Assembly: GCA_964057225.1 (NCBI GenBank)
Contig: OZ059900.1
Span: forward strand, 13,330,001 to 13,394,000
DNA length: 64,000 nt
DNA from: Auanema rhodensis
Lineage: Eukaryota; Animalia; Nematoda
Direction: 5' to 3'
Part shown: in pieces, positions 44,201-57,900 of the stretch
How the letters are laid out: each line of letters opens with the position of its first letter
How positions within the stretch are numbered: position 1 is the first letter of the stretch
Translations under genes and position numbers: made by a program
The notes under the pieces: generated by a model
What the model was told of the DNA's origin: nothing
Databases searched by the model: none
What the model saw: the letters and a program-made list of their open reading frames with translations, nothing else

Positions 44201-45900
44201 CTTTGTATAGCTTTGTATAGCTTTGTACACTGATCACATATACGGCGAGAGGCTAGAACAGTTTATAAGTTTCCTGAATAGATTTGGTTTAATTACCCAA
44301 GTTAGAGGTAGTATCTCAATCTAACCAGAGAACTTCTGAGTTGGAAATACATTTTGGAAAGCACACCATGAGTGTGCAATATTAAAAACTGTCTGTCTTA
44401 GTATGATTATATGACACTATAGATGCCAAAGCAAAACAAATTTGAATATGAACATGACGCGTCTTTTACATCATACTTTGACCGGATAAAGCTTTGGATA
44501 GCTTTGTACACTGATCACATATACGGCGATAGGCTAGAACAGTTTATAAGTTTCCTGAATAGATTTGGTTTAATTACCCAAGTTAGAGGTAGTATCTCAA
44601 TCTAACCAGAGAACTTCTGAGTTGGAAATTCATTTTGGAAAGCACACCATGAGTGTGCAATATTGAAAACTGTCTGTCTTAGTATGATTATATGACACTA
44701 TAGATGCCAAAGCAAAACAAATTTGAATATGAACATGACGCGTCTTTAACATTATAGTTTGACCGGATAAAGCTTTGTATAGCTTTGTATAGCTTTGTAC
44801 ACTGATCACATATACGGCGATAGGCTAGAACAGTTCATAAGTTTCCTGAATAGATTTGGTTTAATTACCCAAGTTAGAGGTAGTATCTCAATCTAACCAG
44901 AGAACTTCGGAGTTGGAAATACATTTTGGAAAGCACACCACGAGTGTGCAATATTGAAAACTGTCTGTCTTAGTATGATTATATGACACTATAGATGCCA
45001 AAGCAAAACAAATTTGAATATGAACATGACGCGTCTTTAACATTATAGTTTGACCGGATAAAGCTTTGTATAGCTTTGTATAGCTTTGTACACTGATCAC
45101 ATATACGGCGATAGGCTAGAACAGTTCATAAGTTTCCTGAATAGATTTGGTTTAATTACCCAAGTTAGAGGTAGTATCTCAATCTAACCAGAGAACTTCT
45201 GAGTTGGAAATTCATTTTGGAAAGCACACCATGAGTGTGCAATATTGAAAACTGTCTGTCTTAGTATGATTATATGACACTATAGATGCCAAAGCAAAAC
45301 AAATTTGAATATGAACATGACGCGTCTTTAACATTATAGTTTGACCGGATAAAGCTTTGTATAGCTTTGTATAGCTTTGTACACTGATCACATATACGGC
45401 GAGAGGCTAGAACAGTTTATAAGTTTCCTGGATAGATTTGGTTTAATTACCCAAGTTAGAGGTAGTATCTCAATCTAACCAGAGAACTTCTGAGTTGGAA
45501 ATACATTTTGGAAACCACACCATGAGTGTGCAATATTGAAAACTGTCTGTCTTAGTATGATTATATGACACTATAGATGCCAAAGCAAAACAAATTTGAA
45601 TATGAACATGACGCGTCTTTAACATTATAGTTTGACCGGATAAAGCTTTGTATAGCTTTGTATAGCTTTGTACACTGATCACATATACGGCGATAGGCTA
45701 GAACAGTTCATAAGTTTCCTGAATAGATTTGGTTTAATTACCCAAGTTAGAGGTAGTATCTCAATCTAACCAGAGAACTTCGGAGTTGGAAATACATTTT
45801 GGAAAGCACACCACGAGTGTGCAATATTGAAAACTGTCTGTCTTAGTATGATTATATGACACTATAGATGCCAAAGCAAAACAAATTTGAATATGAACAT
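32231..45900. repeat. Haplotype domain B with a variable-length HOR (12-, 11-, 17-mer)
   Basis: Private variants are GACCCGTC, CATCATACTTT, GAAATTCATT and GGCCAGAGG. Anchor monomers at 32833, 36305, 39496 and 44423 are spaced 3472, 3191 and 4927 bp. Confidence 0.85.
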
Positions 45901-48900
45901 GACGCGTCTTTTACATTATAGTTTGACCGGATAAAGCTTTGTATAGCTTTGTATAGCTTTGTACAATGATCACATATACGGCGATAGGCTAGAACAGTTC
46001 ATAAGTTTCCTGAATAGATTTGGTTTAATTACCCAAGTTAGAGGTAGTATCTCAATCTAACCAGAGAACTTCTGAGTTGGAAATACATTTTGGAAAGCAC
46101 ACCATGAGTGTGCAATATTGAAAACTGTCTGTCTTAGTATGATTATATGACACTATAGATGCCAAAGCAAAACAATTTTGAATATGAACATGACGCGTCT
46201 TTTACATTATAGTTTGACCGGATAAAGCTTTGTATAGCTTTGTACACTGATCACATATACGGCGATAGGCTAGAACAGTTCATAAGTTTCCTGGATAGAT
46301 TTGGTTTAATTACCCAAGTTAGAGGTAGTATCTCAATCTAACCAGAGAACTTCTGAGTTGGAAATACATTTTGGAAAGCACACCATGAGTGTGCAATATT
46401 GAAAACTGTCTGTCTTAGTATGATTATATGACACTATAGATGCCAAAGCAAAACAATTTTGAATATGAACATGACGCGTCTTTTACATTATAGTTTGACC
46501 GGATAAAGCTTTGTATAGCTTTGTACACTGATCACATATACGGCGATAGGCTAGAACAGTTCATAAGTTTCCTGGATAGATTTGGTTTAATTACCCAAGT
46601 TAGAGGTAGTATCTCAATCTAACCAGAGAACTTCTGAGTTGGAAATACATTTTGGAAAGCACACCATGAGTGTGCAATATTGACTACTGTCTGTCTTAGT
46701 ATGATTATATGACACTATAGATGCCAAAGCAAAATAAATTTGAATATGAACATGACGCGTCTTTTACATTATAGTTTGACCGGATAAAGCTTTGTATAGC
46801 TTTGTATAGCTTTGTACACTGATCACATATACGGCGATAGGCTAGAACAGTTCATAAGTTTCCTGGATAGATTTGGTTTAATTACCCAAGTTAGAGGTAG
46901 TATCTCAATCTAACCAGAGAACTTCTGAGTTGGAAATACATTTTGGAAAGCACACCATGAGTGTGCAATATTGACTACTGTCTGTCTTAGTATGATTATA
47001 TGACACTATAGATGCCAAAGCAAAATAAATTTGAATATGAACATGACGCGTCTTTTACATTATAGTTTGACCGGATAAAGCTTTGTATAGCTTTGTATAG
47101 CTTTGTACACTGATCACATATACGGCGATAGGCTAGAACAGTTCATAAGTTTCCTGGATAGATTTGGTTTAATTACCCAAGTTAGAGGTAGTATCTCAAT
47201 CTAACCAGAGAACTTCTGAGTTGGAAATACATTTTGGAAAGCACACCATGAGTGTGCAATATTGAAAACTGTCTGTCTTAGTATGATTATATGACACTAT
47301 AGATGCCAAAGCAAAACAATTTTGAATATGAACATGACGCGTCTTTTACATTATAGTTTGACCGGATAAAGCTTTGTATAGCTTTGTACACTGATCACAT
47401 ATACGGCGATAGGCTAGAACAGTTCATAAGTTTCCTGGATAGATTTGGTTTAATTACCCAAGTTAGAGGTAGTATCTCAATCTAACCAGAGAACTTCTGA
47501 GTTGGAAATACATTTTGGAAAGCACACCATGAGTGTGCAATATTGAAAACTGTCTGTCTTAGTATGATTATATGACACTATAGATGCCAAAGCAAAATAA
47601 ATTTGAATATGAACATGACGCGTCTTTTACATTATAGTTTGACCGGATAAAGCTTTGTATAGCTTTGTATAGCTTTGTACACTGATCACATATACGGCGA
47701 TAGGCTAGAACAGTTCATAAGTTTCCTGGATAGATTTGGTTTAATTACCCAAGTTAGAGGTAGTATCTCAATCTAACCAGAGAACTTCTGAGTTGGAAAT
47801 ACATTTTGGAAAGCACACCATGAGTGTGCAATATTGAAAACTGTCTGTCTTAGTATGATTATATGACACTATAGATGCCAAAGCAAAACAAATTTGAATA
47901 TGAACATGACGCGTCTTTTACATTATAGTTTGACCGGATAAAGCTTTGTATAGCTTTGTATAGCTTTGTACACTGATCACATATACGGCGATAGGCTAGA
48001 ACAGTTCATAAGTTTCCTGGATAGATTTGGTTTAATTACCCAAGTTAGAGGTAGTATCTCAATCTAACCAGAGAACTTCTGAGTTGGAAATACATTTTGG
48101 AAAGCACACCATGAGTGTGCAATATTGAAAACTGTCTGTCTTAGTATGATTATATGACACTATAGATGCCAAAGCGAAACAAATTTGAATATGAACATGA
48201 CGCGTCTTTTACATTATAGTTTGACCGGATAAAGCTTTGTATAGCTTTGTATAGCTTTGTACACTGATCACATATACGGCGATAGGCTAGAACAGTTCAT
48301 AAGTTTCCTGGATAGATTTGGTTTAATTACCCAAGTTAGAGGTAGTATCTCAATCTAACCAGAGAACTTCTGAGTTAGAAATACATTTTGGAAAGCACAC
48401 CATGAGTGTGCAATATTGAAAACTGTCTGTCTTAGTATGATTATATGACACTATAGATGCCAAAGCAAAACAAATTTGAATATGAACATGACGCGTCTTT
48501 TACATTATACTTTGACCGGATAAAGCTTTGGATAGCTTGGTACACTGATCACATATACGGCGATAGGCTAGAACAGTTCATAAGTTTCCTGGATAGATTT
48601 GGTTTAATTACCCAAGTTAGAGGTAGTATCTCAATCTAACCAGAGAACTTCTGAGTTGGAAATACATTTTGGAAAGCACACCATGAGTGTGCAATATTGA
48701 AAACTGTCTGTCTTAGTATGATTATATGACACTATAGATGCCAAAGCAAAACAAATTTGAATATGAACATGACGCGTCTTTTACATTATAGTTTGACCGG
48801 ATAAAGCTTTGTATAGCTTTGTATAGCTTTGTACACTGATCACATATACGGCGATAGGCTAGAACAGTTCATAAGTTTCCTGGATAGATTTGGTTTAATT

Positions 48901-51900
48901 ACCCAAGTTAGAGGTAGTATCTCAATCTAACCAGAGAACTTCTGAGTTGGAAATACATTTTGGAAAGCACACCATGAGTGTGCAATATTGAAAACTGTCT
49001 GTCTTAGTATGATTATATGACACTATAGATGCCAAAGCAAAACAAATTTGAATATGAACATGACGCGTCTTTTACATTATAGTTTGACCGGATAAAGCTT
49101 TGTATAGCTTTGTATAGCTTTGTACACTGATCACATATACGGCGATAGGCTAGAACAGTTCATAAGTTTCCTGGATAGATTTGGTTTAATTACCCAAGTT
49201 AGAGGTAGTATCTCAATCTAACCAGAGAACTTCTGAGTTGGAAATACATTTTGGAAAGCACACCATGAGTGTGCAATATTGAAAACTGTCTGTCTTAGTA
49301 TGATTATATGACACTATAGATGCCAAAGCAAAACAAATTTGAATATGAACATGACGCGTCTTTTACATTATAGTTTGACCGGATAAAGCTTTGTATAGCT
49401 TTGTATAGCTTTGTACACTGATCACATATACGGCGATAGGCTAGAACAGTTCATAAGTTTCCTGGATAGATTTGGTTTAATTACCCAAGTTAGAGGTAGT
49501 ATCTCAATCTAACCAGAGAACTTCTGAGTTGGAAATACATTTTGGAAAGCACACCATGAGTGTGCAATATTGAAAACTGTCTGTCTTAGTATGATTATAT
49601 GACACTATAGATGCCAAAGCAAAACAAATTTGAATATGAACATGACGCGTCTTTTACATTATAGTTTGACCGGATAAAGCTTTGTATAGCTTTGTATAGC
49701 TTTGTACAATGATCACATATACGGCGATAGGCTAGAACAGTTCATAAGTTTCCTGAATAGATTTGGTTTAATTACCCAAGTTAGAGGTAGTATCTCAATC
49801 TAACCAGAGAACTTCTGAGTTGTAAATACATTTTGGAAAGCACACCATGAGTGTGCAATATTGAAAACTGTCTGTCTTAGTATGATTATATGACACTATA
49901 GATGCCAAAGCAAAACAATTTTGAATATGAACATGACGCGTCTTTTACATTATAGTTTGACCGGATAAAGCTTTGTATAGCTTTGTACACTGATCACATA
50001 TACGGCGATAGGCTAGAACAGTTCATAAGTTTCCTGGATAGATTTGGTTTAATTACCCAAGTTAGAGGTAGTATCTCAATCTAACCAGAGAACTTCTGAG
50101 TTGGAAATACATTTTGGAAAGCACACCATGAGTGTGCAATATTGAAAACTGTCTGTCTTAGTATGATTATATGACACTATAGATGCCAAAGCAAAACAAA
50201 TTTGAATATGAACATGACGCGTCTTTTACATTATAGTTTGACCGGATAAAGCTTTGTATAGCTTTGTATAGCTTTGTACACTGATCACATATACGGCGAT
50301 AGGCTAGAACAGTTCATAAGTTTCCTGGATAGATTTGGTTTAATTACCCAAGTTAGAGGTAGTATCTCAATCTAACCAGAGAACTTCTGAGTTGGAAATA
50401 CATTTTGGAAAGCACACCATGAGTGTGCAATATTGAAAACTGTCTGTCTTAGTATGATTATAGGACACTATAGATGCCAAAGCAAAACAAATTTGAATAT
50501 GAACATGACGCGTCTTTTACATTATAGTTTGACCGGATAAAGCTTTGTATAGCTTTGTATAGCTTTGTACACTGATCACATATACGGCGATAGGCTAGAA
50601 CAGTTCATAAGTTTCCTGAATAGATTTGGTTTAATTACCCAAGTTAGAGGTAGTATCTCAATCTAACCAGAGAACTTCTGAGTTGGAAATACATTTTGGA
50701 AAGCACACCATGAGTGTGCAATATTGAAAACTGTCTGTCTTAGTATGATTATATGACACTATAGATGCCAAAGCAAAACAAATTTGAATATGAACATGAC
50801 GCGTCTTTTACATTATAGTTTGACCGGATAAAGCTTTGTATAGCTTTGTATAGCTTTGTACAATGATCACATATACGGCGATAGGCTAGAACAGTTCATA
50901 AGTTTCCTGAATAGATTTGGTTTAATTACCCAAGTTAGAGGTAGTATCTCAATCTAACCAGAGAACTTCTGAGTTGGAAATACATTTTGGAAAGCACACC
51001 ATGAGTGTGAAATATTGAAAACTGTCTGTCTTAGTATGATTATATGACACTATAGATGCCAAAGCAAAACAATTTTGAATATGAACATGACGCGTCTTTT
51101 ACATTATAGTTTGACCGGATAAAGCTTTGTATAGCTTTGTACACTGATCACATATACGGCGATAGGCTAGAACAGTTCATAAGTTTCCTGGATAGATTTG
51201 GTTTAATTACCCAAGTTAGAGGTAGTATCTCAATCTAACCAGAGAACTTCTGAGTTGGAAATACATTTTGGAAAGCACACCATGAGTGTGCAATATTGAA
51301 AACTGTCTGTCTTAGTATGATTATATGACACTATAGATGCCAAAGCAAAACAAATTTGAATATGAACATGACGCGTCTTTTACATTATAGTTTGACCGGA
51401 TAAAGCTTTGTATAGCTTTGTATAGCTTTGTACACTGATCACATATACGGCGATAGGCTAGAACAGTTCATAAGTTTCCTGGATAGATTTGGTTTAATTA
51501 CCCAAGTTAGAGGTAGTATCTCAATCTAACCAGAGAACTTCTGAGTTGGAAATACATTTTGGAAAGCACACCATGAGTGTGCAATATTGAAAACTGTCTG
51601 TCTTAGTATGATTATATGACACTATAGATGCCAAAGCAAAACAAATTTGAATATGAACATGACGCGTCTTTTACATTATAGTTTGACCGGATAAAGCTTT
51701 GTATAGCTTTGTATAGCTTTGTACACTGATCACATATACGGCGATAGGCTAGAACAGTTCATAAGTTTCCTGGATAGATTTGGTTTAATTACCCAAGTTA
51801 GAGGTAGTATCTCAATCTAACCAGAGAACTTCTGAGTTGGAAATACATTTTGGAAAGCACACCATGAGTGTGCAATATTGAAAACTGTCTGTCTTAGTAT

Positions 51901-54900
51901 GATTATATGACACTATAGATGCCAAAGCAAAACAAATTTGAATATGAACATGACGCGTCTTTTACATTATAGTTTGACCGGATAAAGCTTTGTATAGCTT
52001 TGTATAGCTTTGTACACTGATCACATATACGGCGATAGGCTAGAACAGTTCATAAGTTTCCTGGATAGATTTGGTTTAATTACCCAAGTTAGAGGTAGTA
52101 TCTCAATCTAACCAGAGAACTTCTGAGTTGGAAATACATTTTGGAAAGCACACCATGAGTGTGCAATATTGAAAACTGTCTGTCTTAGTATGATTATATG
52201 ACACTATAGATGCCAAAGCAAAACAAATTTGAATATGAACATGACGCGTCTTTTACATTATAGTTTGACCGGATAAAGCTTTGTATAGCTTTGTATAGCT
52301 TTGTACACTGATCACATATACGGCGATAGGCTAGAACAGTTCATAAGTTTCCTGGATAGATTTGGTTTAATTACCCAAGTTAGAGGTAGTATCTCAATCT
52401 AACCAGAGAACTTCTGAGTTGGAAATACATTTTGGAAAGCACACCATGAGTGTGCAATATTGAAAACTGTCTGTCTTAGTATGATTATATGACACTATAG
52501 ATGCCAAAGCAAAACAAATTTGAATATGAACATGACGCGTCTTTTACATTATAGTTTGACCGGATAAAGCTTTTTATAGCTTTGTATAGCTTTGTACACT
52601 GATCACATATACGGCGATAGGCTAGAACAGTTCATAAGTTTCCTGGATAGATTTGGTTTAATTACCCAAGTTAGAGGTAGTATCTCAATCTAACCAGAGA
52701 ACTTCTGAGTTGGAAATACATTTTGGAAAGCACACCATGAGTGTGCAATATTGAAAACTGTCTGTCTTAGTATGATTATATGACACTATAGATGCCAAAG
52801 CAAAACAAATTTGAATATGAACATGACGCGTCTTTTACATTATAGTTTGACCGGATAAAGCTTTGTATAGCTTTGTATAGCTTTGTACACTGATCACATA
52901 TACGGCGATAGGCTAGAACAGTTCATAAGTTTCCTGGATAGATTTGGTTTAATTACCCAAGTTAGAGGTAGTATCTCAATCTAACCAGAGAACTTCTGAG
53001 TTGGAAATACATTTTGGAAAGCACACCATGAGTGTGCAATATTGAAAACTGTCTGTCTTAGTATGATTATATGACACTATAGATGCCAAAGCAAAACAAA
53101 TTTGAATATGAACATGACGCGTCTTTTACATTATAGTTTGACCGGATAAAGCTTTGTATAGCTTTGTATAGCTTTGTACAATGATCACATATACGGCGAT
53201 AGGCTAGAACAGTTCATAAGTTTCCTGAATAGATTTGGTTTAATTACCCAAGTTAGAGGTAGTATCTCAATCTAACCAGAGAACTTCTGAGTTAGAAATA
53301 CATTTTGGAAAGCACACCATGAGTGTGCAATATTGAAAACTGTCTGTCTTAGTATGATTATATGACACTATAGATGCCAAAGCAAAACAAATTTGAATAT
53401 GAACATGACGCGTCTTTTACATTATAGTTTGACCGGATAAAGCTTTGTATAGCTTTGTATAGCTTTGTACACTGATCACATATACGGCGATAGGCTAGAA
53501 CAGTTCATAAGTTTCCTGAATAGATTTGGTTTAATTACCCAAGTTAGAGGTAGTATCTCAATCTAACCAGAGAACTTCTGAGTTGGAAATACATTTTGGA
53601 AAGCACACCATGAGTGTGCAATATTGAAAACTGTCTGTCTTAGTATGATTATATGACACTATAGATGCCAAAGCAAAACAAATTTGAATATGAACATGAC
53701 GCGTCTTTTACATTATAGTTTGACCGGATAAAGCTTTGTATAGCTTTGTATAGCTTTGTACACTGATCACATATACGGCGATAGGCTAGAACAGTTCATA
53801 AGTTTCCTGAATAGATTTGGTTTAATTACCCAAGTTAGAGGTAGTATCTCAATCTAACCAGAGAACTTCTGAGTTGGAAATACATTTTGGAAAGCACACC
53901 ATGAGTGTGCAATATTGAAAACTGTCTGTCTTAGTATGATTATATGACACTATAGATGCCAAAGCAAAACAAATTTGAATATGAACATGACGCGTCTTTA
54001 ACATTATAGTTTGACCGGATAAAGCTTTGTATAGCTTTGTATAGCTTTGTACACTGATCACATATACGGCGATAGGCTAGAACACTTCATAAGTTTCCTG
54101 AATAGATTTGGTTTAATTACCCAAGTTAGAGGTAGTATCTCAATCTAACCAGAGAACTTCGGAGTTGGAAATACATTTTGGAAAGCACACCACGAGTGTG
54201 CAATATTGAAAACTGTCTGTCTTAGTATGATTATATGACACTATAGATGCCAAAGCAAAACAAATTTGAATATGAACATGACGCGTCTTTTACATTATAG
54301 TTTGACCGGATAAAGCTTTGTATAGCTTTGTATAGCTTTGTACACTGATCACATATACGGCGATAGGCTAGAACAGTTCATAAGTTTCCTGAATAGATTT
54401 GGTTTAATTACCCAAGTTAGAGGTAGTATCTCAATCTAACCAGAGAACTTCTGAGTTGGAAATACATTTTGGAAAGCACACCATGAGTGTGCAATATTGA
54501 AAACTGTCTGTCTTAGTATGATTATATGACACTATAGATGCCAAAGCAAAACAAATTTGAATATGAACATGACGCGTCTTTAACATTATAGTTTGACCGG
54601 ATAAAGCTTTGTATAGCTTTGTATAGCTTTGTACACTGATCACATATACGGCGATAGGCTAGAACACTTCATAAGTTTCCTGAATAGATTTGGTTTAATT
54701 ACCCAAGTTAGAGGTAGTATCTCAATCTAACCAGAGAACTTCGGAGTTGGAAATACATTTTGGAAAGCACACCACGAGTGTGCAATATTGAAAACTGTCT
54801 GTCTTAGTATGATTATATGACACTATAGATGCCAAAGCAAAACAAATTTGAATATGAACATGACGCGTCTTTTACATTATAGTTTGACCGGATAAAGCTT

Positions 54901-57900
54901 TGTATAGCTTTGTATAGCTTTGTACAATGATCACATATACGGCGATAGGCTAGAACAGTTCATAAGTTTCCTGAATAGATTTGGTTTAATTACCCAAGTT
55001 AGAGGTAGTATCTCAATCTAACCAGAGAACTTCTGAGTTGGAAATACATTTTGGAAAGCACACCATGAGTGTGCAATATTGAAAACTGTCTGTCTTAGTA
55101 TGATTATATGACACTATAGATGCCAAAGCAAAACAAATTTGAATATGAACATGACGCGTCTTTTACATTATAGTTTGACCGGATAAAGCTTTGTATAGCT
55201 TTGTATAGCTTTGTACACTGATCACATATACGGCGATAGGCTAGAACAGTTCATAAGTTTCCTGGATAGATTTGGTTTAATTACCCAAGTTAGAGGTAGT
55301 ATCTCAATCTAACCAGAGAACTTCTGAGTTAGAAATACATTTTGGAAAGCACACCATGAGTGTGCAATATTGAAAACTGTCTGTCTTAGTATGATTATAT
55401 GACACTATAGATGCCAAAGCAAAACAAATTTGAATATGAACATGACGCGTCTTTTACATTATACTTTGACCGGATAAAGCTTTGGATAGCTTTGTACACT
55501 GATCACATATACGGCGATAGGCTAGAACAGTTCATAAGTTTCCTGGATAGATTTGGTTTAATTACCCAAGTTAGAGGTAGTATCTCAATCTAACCAGAGA
55601 ACTTCTGAGTTGGAAATACATTTTGGAAAGCACACCATGAGTGTGCAATATTGAAAACTGTCTGTCTTAGTATGATTATATGACACTATAGATGCCAAAG
55701 CAAAACAAATTTGAATATGAACATGACGCGTCTTTTACATTATAGTTTGACTGGATAAAGCTTTGTATAGCTTTGTACACTGATCACATATACGGCGATA
55801 GGCTAGAACAGTTCATAAGTTTCCTGAATAGATTTGGTTTAACTACCCAAGTTAGAGGTAGTATCTCAATCTAACCAGAGAACTTCTGAGTTGGAAATAC
55901 ATTTTGGAAAGCACACCATGAGTGTGCAATATTGAAAACTGTCTGTCTTAGTATGATTATATGACACTATAGATGCCAAAGCAAAACAAATTTGAATATG
56001 AACATGACGCGTCTTTAACATTATAGTTTGACCGGATAAAGCTTTGTATAGCTTTGTATAGCTTTGTACACTGATCACATATACGGCGATAGGCTAGAAC
56101 AGTTCATAAGTTTCCTGAATAGATTTGGTTTAATTACCCAAGTTAGAGGTAGTATCTCAATCTAACCAGAGAACTTCGGAGTTGGAAATACATTTTGAAA
56201 AGCACACCACGAGTGTGCAATATTGAAAACTGTCTGTCTTAGTATGATTATATGACACTATAGATGCCAAAGCAAAACAAATTTGAATATGAACATGACG
56301 CGTCTTTTACATTATAGTTTGACCGGATAAAGCTTTGTATAGCTTTGTATAGCTTTGTACAATGACAATGATACGGCGATAGGCTAGAACAGTTCATAAG
56401 TTTCCTGAATAGATTTGGTTTAATTACCCAAGTTAGAGGTAGTATCTCAATCTAACCAGAGAACTTCTGAGTTGGAAATACATTTTGGAAAGCACAGCAT
56501 GAGTGTGCAATATTGAAAACTGTCTGTCTTAGTATGATTATATGACACTATAGATGCCAAAGCAAAACAATTTTGAATATGAACATGACGCGTCTTTTAC
56601 ATTATAGTTTGACCGGATAAAGCTTTGTATAGCTTTGTACACTGATCACATATACGGCGATAGGCTAGAACAGTTCATAAGTTTCCTGGATAGATTTGGT
56701 TTAATTACCCAAGTTAGAGGTAGTATCTCAATCTAACCAGAGAACTTCTGAGTTGGAAATACATTTTGGAAAGCACACCATGAGTGTGCAATATTGAAAA
56801 CTGTCTGTCTTAGTATGATTATATGACACTATAGATACCAAAGCAAAACAAATTTGAATATGAACATGACGCGTCTTTTACATTATAGTTTGACCGGATA
56901 AAGCTTTGTATAGCTTTGTACACTGATCACATATACGGCGATAGGCTAGAACAGTTCATAAGTTTCCTGAATAGATTTGGTTTAATTACCCAAGTTAGAG
57001 GTAGTATCTCAATCTAACCAGAGAACTTCTGAGTTGGAAATACATTTTGGAAAGCACACCATGAGTGTGCAATTATGAAAACTGTCTGTCTTAGTATGAT
57101 TATATGACACTATAGATGCCAAAGCAAAACAAATTTGAATATGAACATGACGCGTCTTTTACATTATAGTTTGACCGGATAAAGCTTTGTATAGCTTTGT
57201 ATAGCTTTGTACACTGATCACATATACGGCGATAGGCTAGAACAGTTCATAAGTTTCCTGGATAGATTTGGTTTAATTACCCAAGTTAGAGGTAGTATCT
57301 AAATCTAACCAGAGAACTTCTGAGTTGGAAATACATTTTGGAAAGCACACCATGAGTGTGCAATATTGAAAACTGTCTGTCTTAGTATGATTATATGACA
57401 CTATAGATGCCAAAGCAAAACAAATTTGAATATGAACATGACGCGTCTTTTACATTATAGTTTGACCGGATAAAGCTTTGTATAGCTTTGTACACTGATC
57501 ACATATACGGCGATAGGCTAGAACAGTTCATAAGTTTCCTGGATAGATTTGGTTTAATTACCCAAGTTAGAGGTAGTATCTCAATCTAACCAGAGAACTT
57601 CTGAGTTGGAAATACATTTTGGAAAGCACACCATGAGTGTGCAATATTGAAAACTGTCTGTCTTAGTATGATTATATGACACTATAGATGCCAAAGCAAA
57701 ACAAATTTGAATATGAACATGACGCGTCTTTTACATTATAGTTTGACCGGATAAAGCTTTGTATAGCTTTGTACACTGATCACATATACGGCGATAGGCT
57801 AGAACAGTTCATAAGTTTCCTGAATAGATTTGGTTTAATTACCCAAGTTAGAGGTAGTATCTCAATCTAACCAGAGAACTTCTGAGTTGGAAATACATTT

